This document shows positions 55,650 to 64,000 of a stretch of DNA of 64,000 bases, piece after piece; the first letter of the stretch is position 1, and every line of letters starts with the position of its first letter. The stretch comes from the human T2T-CHM13v2.0 reference genome, Homo sapiens. The DNA is taken from assembly GCF_009914755.1 (NCBI RefSeq), contig NC_060927.1. One strand, written 5' to 3'. Below the pieces are notes generated by a model. That model had not been told where the DNA came from. It saw only the letters and a program-made list of their open reading frames with translations, and searched no databases. The position numbers and the translations under genes were made by a program.

Positions 55650-55797
55650 CTGCCAAGAAAATGGATGAAAAGCATTTTTAAAAATTAATGACTTCGTGTG
55701 TGATTTAAATCTTCAGCTTGAGAGTACATAACCCTGCTTTTAGAGTCCGTTTTAAAAAATATATTACTATTTTCTCCTCAAAAATACCACGTAGCAA

Positions 55798-56062
55798 CCA
55801 AACACTGCATGTTCTCATAAGTGGGAGTTGAACAATGAGAACACATGGACACAGGGAGGGGAACAGCACATACAGGGGCCAGTGGCGGGGGGTGAGGGGC
55901 AAGGGGAGGGAGAGCATTAGGACAAATAGCTAATACATGTGGGGCTTAAAACCTAGAATGATGTGTTGATAGGTGCAGCAAACCACTATGGCACATGTAT
56001 ACCTATGTAACAAACCTGCATGTTCTGCACTTGTATTCTGGAACTTAAAGTAAAATTAAAAA
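55798..56062 (+). mobile_element. L1PA 3'UTR fragment
   Basis: agtgggagttgaacaatgagaacacatggacacagggagggg...aacttaaagtaaaa; TSD-like aaaataccacgtagcaa / aaaatcacatagcaa. Confidence 0.9.
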
Positions 56063-56069
56063 AAATCAC

Positions 56070-56164
56070 ATAGCAAGAGCATACTACAGAGCTTCACTGT
56101 GCAACCTATTGGATCATATGGTAAGCATGGCCAATGGTGCTATTTATATGGTATAGTACAGTTC
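56070..56164 (-). pseudogene. Ankyrin-like remnant GTVLYHINSTIGHAYHMIQ*VAQ*SSV
   Basis: Acceptor aattttaAG; ~95 nt; G-T-V-L-x-H...GH pattern with stops at the expected L and G positions. Confidence 0.4.
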
Positions 56165-56439
56165 CTTAAAATTTGGAAAGTCTATAATCCACATGTCACT
56201 AAAGGGGTTTAACCCAGTTAAGGGCTCTAGGAATGACTGTAATTCACTTTGACAAATATTTTTTAAGAATAATTCTGTGTTAGGTTCTGGAGATGTTCAG
56301 ATGAATGAGACATGGTCTTCTGTCTTCAGAAACTCATCTTCTGCTTCTTGAAGGTGCTGGCTATATGGACTTTTTTGTCTGTAAGAAGGGGATCAGAAAT
56401 AAAATGTCAAGTTTTTTTAAACCCATAATGGAAATTTAT

Positions 56440-56890
56440 GTAATAGTGAGAGAGTAGCTAACATAAATTGCTCACGACCCCCACAATGTCCATTCTCTCC
56501 TTCTTCCTTTTAGTAATAGACCACATCTTCCATAACTTTAACTGAGCATATGGCCATCCAGATAGAGACTAAATTTCTCTTGTTGCTAGATATGGCCACA
56601 TGACCACATTCTGGCCAATGGTACATAAGCAGCAGGATGTTTGTGGTTCCTGGGTTATGTCTTTAAAAGGAAGCTCTTGCCACCACTGTCTCTTTCCTCT
56701 ATGCTGCTGGTTGGAAGTCAACCTATCCACAAATGAAAGCTACAGATTGAGAATGTAGAGGAAGCTGTAAGTCCTGAATTGTCCATTATCTCTGGAATAT
56801 TACATAAGAAATATATTTCTATCTTATTTAAACCCCTCTATTTTAGGTGTTCTTTGTTATAGCAGCTTAATCTGTGCCCTGGCTAATATA
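56440..56890 (+). mobile_element. Old MLT1 (J/H-like) LTR
   Basis: gctagatatggccacatgaccacattctggccaatg...tttgttatagcagct. Confidence 0.7.
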
Positions 56891-57071
56891 TGTATTATCT
56901 TATTTCATCTTCATAATTGTCAAGTGAAATACTTGTTGGTATTGCCACTTATAGATGAAGATACTGATTCAGAGATTAATTTCCTCAAATTCATTTAGCT
57001 AGTAAGTGAGAAGGCTGAAATTCAAGTCCAGGTAATCTGGATTCAAGTCTAATCTTTTCTTCAAATGAATT

Positions 57072-57385
57072 CTTTTTTTCTTTTGTGACAAAGTCTCGCT
57101 GTGTCACCCAGGCTAGAGTGCAGTAGCGCAATCTCAGCTCACTTTACCCTCCGCCTCCCCAGTTGAAGCCATTCTCATGTCTCAGCCTCCTGAGTAGCTG
57201 GGATTACAGGCATATGCCACCACACCCAGCCAATTTTTGTATTTTTAGTAGAGACGGGGTTTCACCATGTTGGTCAGGCTGGTCTCGATCTCCTGGCCTC
57301 AAGTGATCTGCCCGCCTTGGCCTCCCGAAGTGCTGGGATTACAGGTGTGAGCCACCAAGCCCAGCCAGAGCCACCACACCTGGCC
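57072..57385 (-). mobile_element. Alu (AluS-like)
   Basis: TSD caaatgaattctttt / caaatggattctttt. Confidence 0.94.
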
Positions 57386-58329
57386 CAAATGGATTCTTTT
57401 CAGGAGAAAACTAAAACATTTTCTAGTCTATAAAGTGAAAGGCCGTGGAGACATGACCAAAATTTATAAAATCAAGTAAGGATAGTTCGAACAGGTCTTG
57501 TTTATCAAATCTTGTGTATTAGAACTGGGACCCTTCTTTGAAGGTCAAAACCAAAATAATTAAAGTTAGTAGGAAGAGAAATTGTCCTATTTTGCATAGA
57601 AAGTCAACCGAGAGAAATCGCCACCTTAAGAAGAAGTGAAGACAAAGTATAAATTGGCTGAAGATTTAGGTCATTTATTCAAAATAGACTCAGATTAGGG
57701 AGGTTTTGGGGGTGTTTGAGTACATCACTAACTTACAATTTTAAGTTTTAAAGAATTCTGCCTTCTTCACAAAGTTCCCCTTGGGGGTCTATCTTAGCCA
57801 GGAATCTCAGATGGACTAGCTGGCACAGAATGGCATTCCTTAAATTCTTATGCTAGTGCTAACACAGCATACCAAGCTGTGAGCAGCTATGTTGCCAACA
57901 ACTTACAATGAGGAAGAGGCAGACCATATGCTCAGATGTGTCCTCTATAAATGTCCTTAAATTCACAGTGATGAACAAGCAGGTGCCTAATAACCATATT
58001 TTTCAATTATGTCACAGTTTGAGTTTTGGAAGAGCATAAAGTCATCCTATATCCACAACAGAAGACTACAGATTGTCTTTGAGTTGGTTGCTTTTGGAAG
58101 TTGCCATTGTACCTTCAGAATGAAAGAGTGACACAAGTTCTTTGCCTTTGAGTAGTATCATCCTCCCTTATGTATGGTCTAAAGTGAGCTGCTTTCTTTC
58201 CTTTTCTTCCAACCAGTGTGTTCTAGTGCAACTTACACCACTCCCTCCTGATTCCAGACACCTGTCCATCATTTCCCTCTTACCCTGCTTCTCTCTACAT
58301 ATGCTAAAGGAAGAAGTGTTTTGCTAAAT

Positions 58330-58495
58330 CAGTAGTTTCCAAACATTAACATGCATCAGAATCACCTGGGGGTTAGTGCTGGGCTCCACTCTCAGAGTTT
58401 CTGATTTAGTAGGTATAGGGTAGGGACTGAGAATTTGCCGTTCTAACAAGTTCCCAGCTGATGCTGAGGCTGTTAGTCCTGGACAACATTGGGAA
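58330..58495. mobile_element. MER5A
   Basis: catgcatcagaatcacctgg...cagagtttctgatttagtaggt...ttctaacaagttcccag. Confidence 0.85.
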
Positions 58496-58552
58496 TTAAT
58501 ATTATATACATATATATGTATATAATACACACACACACTCATCTCTTTTTAA

Positions 58553-58824
<272 letters not shown>

Positions 58825-59432
58825 TGAGGTTTGGGCTTCTACAGTGAACATATACCAGAAAGTGAACATATACTCACCAGGAAGTTTTTTAGCCCTTGTT
58901 TCCCTCCCTCCCTCCCTCCCTCCTTTTGGAGTTCCCAGTGTCTATTGCTCCTGTCTTTATGTCCCTGTGAACCCAAGATTTAGCACCCACTTATAAGTGA
59001 GAACATGCAATATTTGGTTTTCTGTTTCTCCATTGGTTGTCTTAGCATAATGGCTGCCAGCTGCATCCATGTTGCTGCAAAGGACATGAATGTATTCTTT
59101 TTTTAAGCCTGCATAGTATCCCATGGTGTACACGTACCACATTTTCTTTATGCAATCCACCCTTGATGGGCACCTAGGTTGATTCCATGTCTTTGCTATT
59201 ATAAACAGTGCTGTGATGAACATACAAGTGCATGCATCTTTTTGGTGGAACAATTTATTTTCCTTGGGGTATATATCTAGTAATAGCATTGCTGAGTCAA
59301 CTGGTAGTTCTATTTTTAGTTCTTTGAGAAATTTCCAAACTGCTTCCTGTAGAGGCTAAACTAATTTGCATTCCCACCAAGAGTGTATAGACATTCCCTT
59401 TTCTGATAACTTCACCAGCATCTGTTATTTTT

Positions 59433-59999
59433 TATTTTTTTAAGGCAGATAGTTCATATTTATTCTGCTTTTACAGGCCAAGGAATATTTATTTAATAAA
59501 TGAATAAATGATATTGCATGCAGTCATTTGAGATTACTCAAAAGGGGTACATATCAACAATAAAGAATAATGGTAATGAACCTTCCCTAATTTTTATAAA
59601 TATTTCAGTTATGGCGATAAAAATAGTTTCAGGTTCCAGGCAATCTCTGCCCATACTTTTTAAAAAATAACGTTTATTTTAAGTTCAAGGGTACATGTAC
59701 AAGTTTGTTATATAGGTAAACTTGTGTCATGGGGATTTGTTGTACAGATTATTTCATCACTCAGGTATTAAGCCTAGTACCCATTAGTTATTTCCCCTTC
59801 TACCACCCTCTACCCTCTGATAGGCCCCAGTGTGTGTTGTTCCCCTCTGTATGTCCATGTGTTCTTATCATTTAGCTCCGGCTTATAAGTAAGAACATGA
59901 GCTATTTGGTTTTCTGTTCCTGTGTTAGTTGGCTAAGGATAATGGCCTCTGGCTTCATCCATGTTCCTGCAAAGGAGATGACCTCATTCTTTTTTATGG
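59433..59999 (-). mobile_element. Truncated L1PA with ~215-bp 3' transduction
   Basis: L1 3'UTR 59999-~59660, unique 59655-59442, AATAAA at 59464-59459, poly(A); TSD ccagcatctgttattttt / ccagcacgtgttattttt. Confidence 0.8.
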
Positions 60000-60754
60000 C
60001 CAGCACGTGTTATTTTTTGACTTTTTAATAATAGCCATTCTGACTGGTATGAGATAATATCTCATTGTGGTTTTGATTTGCATGTCTGATGATTAGTGAT
60101 GTTCAGCAGGTTTTCATATGCTTGTTGGCTGCTTATGTCTTCTTTTGAAAACTGTCTGTTCACGTCCTTTGCTCACTGTTTAAGAGTTGTTTGGTTTTTT
60201 TTTGTTGATTCCACTAAGTACCTTATAGATTCTGGATATTGGTCCTTTGTTGGATGCCTAGTTTGCAAAACTTTTTCCTATTCTGAAGGTTTTCTGTTTG
60301 CTCTATTGAGAGTTTCTTTTGCTGTGCAGAAGTGCTTCAGTTTAATTAAGTCCTATTTATGATTTTGTTGCATTTGCTTTTGGGGTCTTCATCATAAATT
60401 ATTTGCCTAGGCCAATGTCTATAAGAGCATTTCCTAGGTTTTCTTCTAGAATTTTTATTTTTATAGTTTGAGGTTTTAGGAATTTAGAATTTTTATAGTT
60501 CAAGGTTTTAAATTTAATCTGTAGTCCAGCTTGAGTCAATTTTTGTACATGGTGAGAGGTAGGGGTCCAGTTTAATTCTTCTGCATATATAGTTAGTCAG
60601 TTTTTCCAGCACCATTCATTGAATAAGATGTTCTTTCCCCTTGTTTATTTTTGTGGACTTTTTTGAAGGTGAATTGGTTGTAGGTGTGTGGCTTTATTTC
60701 AGGGGTCTCTATTGTGTTCCATTTGTTTATGTATCTATTTTTGTAGCAGTATCA

Positions 60755-60973
<219 letters not shown>

Positions 60974-61197
60974 TTAACGATGTTTTTTCTTCCAACCCAT
61001 GAACATGGAATGCTTTTCCATTTGCTTGTGTCATCTATGATTTCTTTCAGCAGTGTTTTGTAGTTCTCTTTGTAGAGATCTTTCACCTTCTTGCTTGGTT
61101 AGGTATATTCCTAGGTATTTCATTTTTTTGGACTATTGTAAATGGGATTGCGTTCTTGATTTGGTTCTCAGATTGAATGTTATTGGTGTATACAATT

Positions 61198-61317
61198 GGT
61201 AGTCCTAGCTCCTCAGGAAGCTGAGGTTGGAAGATCACTTGAGCCCAGGAGATGGCTGCAATGAACTAGGATCATGCCAGTGCACTCCAGCCTGAGCTAC
61301 AGAGTGAGATCTTGTCA
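61198..61317 (+). mobile_element. Alu right-arm fragment (AluJ-like)
   Basis: gtagtcctagct...gatcacttgagcccagg...cactccagcctg. Confidence 0.85.
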
Positions 61318-61348
61318 GAAAGAAAGAAGGAACGAAGGAAAGAAAGAC

Positions 61349-61403
<55 letters not shown>

Positions 61404-61410
61404 AAAAGAA
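61318..61410 (+). repeat. (GAAA)n microsatellite derived from an Alu tail
   Basis: Direct reading. Confidence 0.95.
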
Positions 61411-61640
61411 ATGCCACTTTTTTTGTGTGTTGATTTTGTATCCTGAGACTTTGCTGAAGTTGTTTATCTTGTCTAGGAATCTTTTGGCAGAATCTTTAGG
61501 GTTTTCTAGGTATAGAATGTTATCAGCAAAGAGATAATTTGACTTCCTCTTGTTCTATTTGGATGCCCTTTACTTATATGTCTCTTGAGTGCTCTGGCTA
61601 GGACTTTCAGTACTGTGTTGAATACGAGTGGTGAAAGTGA

Positions 61641-61982
<342 letters not shown>

Positions 61983-62280
61983 TAGATGGCTGTTATTATT
62001 TTGAGGTGTATTCCTTTGATGTCCAGTTCATTGAGGGTTTTTATCATGAAGGGATTTTGGATTTTATTGAATGCTTTTTCTGTGTCAATTGAGATGATCA
62101 TATGGGTTTTGTTTTTAAACTGATCTCTTTTTGCTCACTGCAAGAGTTGCTGTACAAAATCCCCTCTCCTCTCTTTGTGAGACTGTTAATTTCCTTAGGT
62201 CTCACCCTTCTTTATATTCTTGGAGTTTGGCACTGTGCCTGACCAAGTGGACATCTCACAAATGTTTGTTGATTCCCTGT

Positions 62281-62622
62281 TGCTATGGACTGAATGTTTG
62301 TGTCTCCCCCAAGTTCATATGTTGAAATCTAATCCCCAGTGTGACAGTATTTGCAGATGGGGCCTTTGAGAGCTAATTAGATCATGAGGGTGGAACCCTG
62401 AGGAGTGGAATTAGTTCCCTTATAAGAAAGCTAGCTCACCCTCTTTTCTCCACATGATTTTACAAGGAGAAGCAACCTTGGAAGAGGGCCCTCACTAGCC
62501 ACCAAATCAGCTGGCACCCTGATCTCAGACTTCCAGTCTGCAAAACTCCGAGAAATAAAAAGTTGTTGTTCAAGCCACTCAGTCTATCATATTTTGTTAT
62601 GGCACTCCAAGCTGACAAAGAC
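62281..62622 (+). mobile_element. MLT1A-like solo LTR
   Basis: tgctatggactgaatgtttgtgtctccccc...tttgttatggcactccaagctgacaaagaca. Confidence 0.88.
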
Positions 62623-63049
62623 AACTGTGTAGTCCTTCTCTACTTCTATCCTCTTATAAATAAGGGCTTATCTCCTTTCAGCAAAAAATTCTATTGCACA
62701 AAGCATTCTTTAAGATGCAGAATTGTTCATAACCCCAGTGAATTTCGTTGAAATATGAGGAGTTAGACACTATTTCCAATTTATTGTGCATAGTCCACTC
62801 TGGTTTTTTATATGCTTGGAAGACTAAGCTAATTATCTTTTGGTTGCTGGCAACTTCTCAATAAGATATCTGTCAAGTGTAATACTATCACAAGGCATTT
62901 GGCAACATAAGGAAGAGCAAATTATGTAAGAAGGATAAATATTTTCCTCCCTGGGATAAGGAAAGAGTGTGAGGAGAAGAAAATCACATTAGTAGTTTAA
63001 ATGTTCTTTTCTCATGAGAACATTTAAGAACAATAATGTTGGTTTATAC

Positions 63050-63242
63050 CAGTTAACACTGAGTTCCCAGAGATGATGCAATTCTGTTTCAATGTAGCCT
63101 TTCCTCTGACAGCTCAAAGCTTGGCTTAGTCCCAGAACCATTTTCTAGCCTGATGTGACTCCTCAGTTCAGCTCTGAAGAGAAGAGGCTTTCAAAGGTTT
63201 TTCATCTTGCATTATGTTTTTAGAAGTTTCGTGTCAAGGTGT
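63050..63242 (-). pseudogene. Ankyrin-like remnant of about two repeats: HLDTKLL[fs]KHNA...PLLFRAELRSHIRLENGS...[fs]ALSCQRKGYIETELHHLWELSVN
   Basis: Acceptor cctctAG, donor TG|GTATAA; 193 nt, near 2x99; needs several frameshifts. Confidence 0.45.
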
Positions 63243-63424
63243 CTAGAGGCCCTCATATACCAGATTCTTTAAATAATATTCTTTTGAGTTAATTGCCTTG
63301 GAAAATACAGCCAGCCATTAGAATAGGAATATGATATCTTAGTCTATAACAAATGCACCCCATAAATATATACACCTACTGTGTACCCACACAGTCATAG
63401 ATGGCTGTTATTATTTTGAGGTGT

Positions 63425-64000
<576 letters not shown>

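Overview
AT-rich primate genomic DNA, most likely hominoid (AluY plus an L1PA2/PA3-type element with the 5'UTR deletion). It is dominated by interspersed repeats: two full-length but ORF-disrupted L1s on the minus strand, an ERV1 (MER4-group-like) provirus with both LTRs nested in an old L1, and many Alu, MIR, L2, MaLR/ERVL LTR and MER5/MER58/MER47 copies. I see no intact protein-coding gene. The most interesting signal lies in the unique islands between repeats. On the minus strand they repeatedly carry AG...GT-bounded segments that translate, through stops and frameshifts, into ankyrin-repeat-like motifs (~13.9 kb to ~63.2 kb). These are followed by four closely spaced exon-like segments (2605 to 592) encoding a non-ankyrin C-terminal domain that loosely resembles the ASKHA/pantothenate-kinase fold. 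I interpret this as a decayed multi-exon gene (candidate unitary pseudogene) whose 5' end lies beyond the window; it needs HMM and synteny confirmation. The window also holds an L1 3' transduction, two locally templated insertions, a twin-priming inversion and two open L1 ORF0 frames. Repeat subfamily calls are by eye and approximate.
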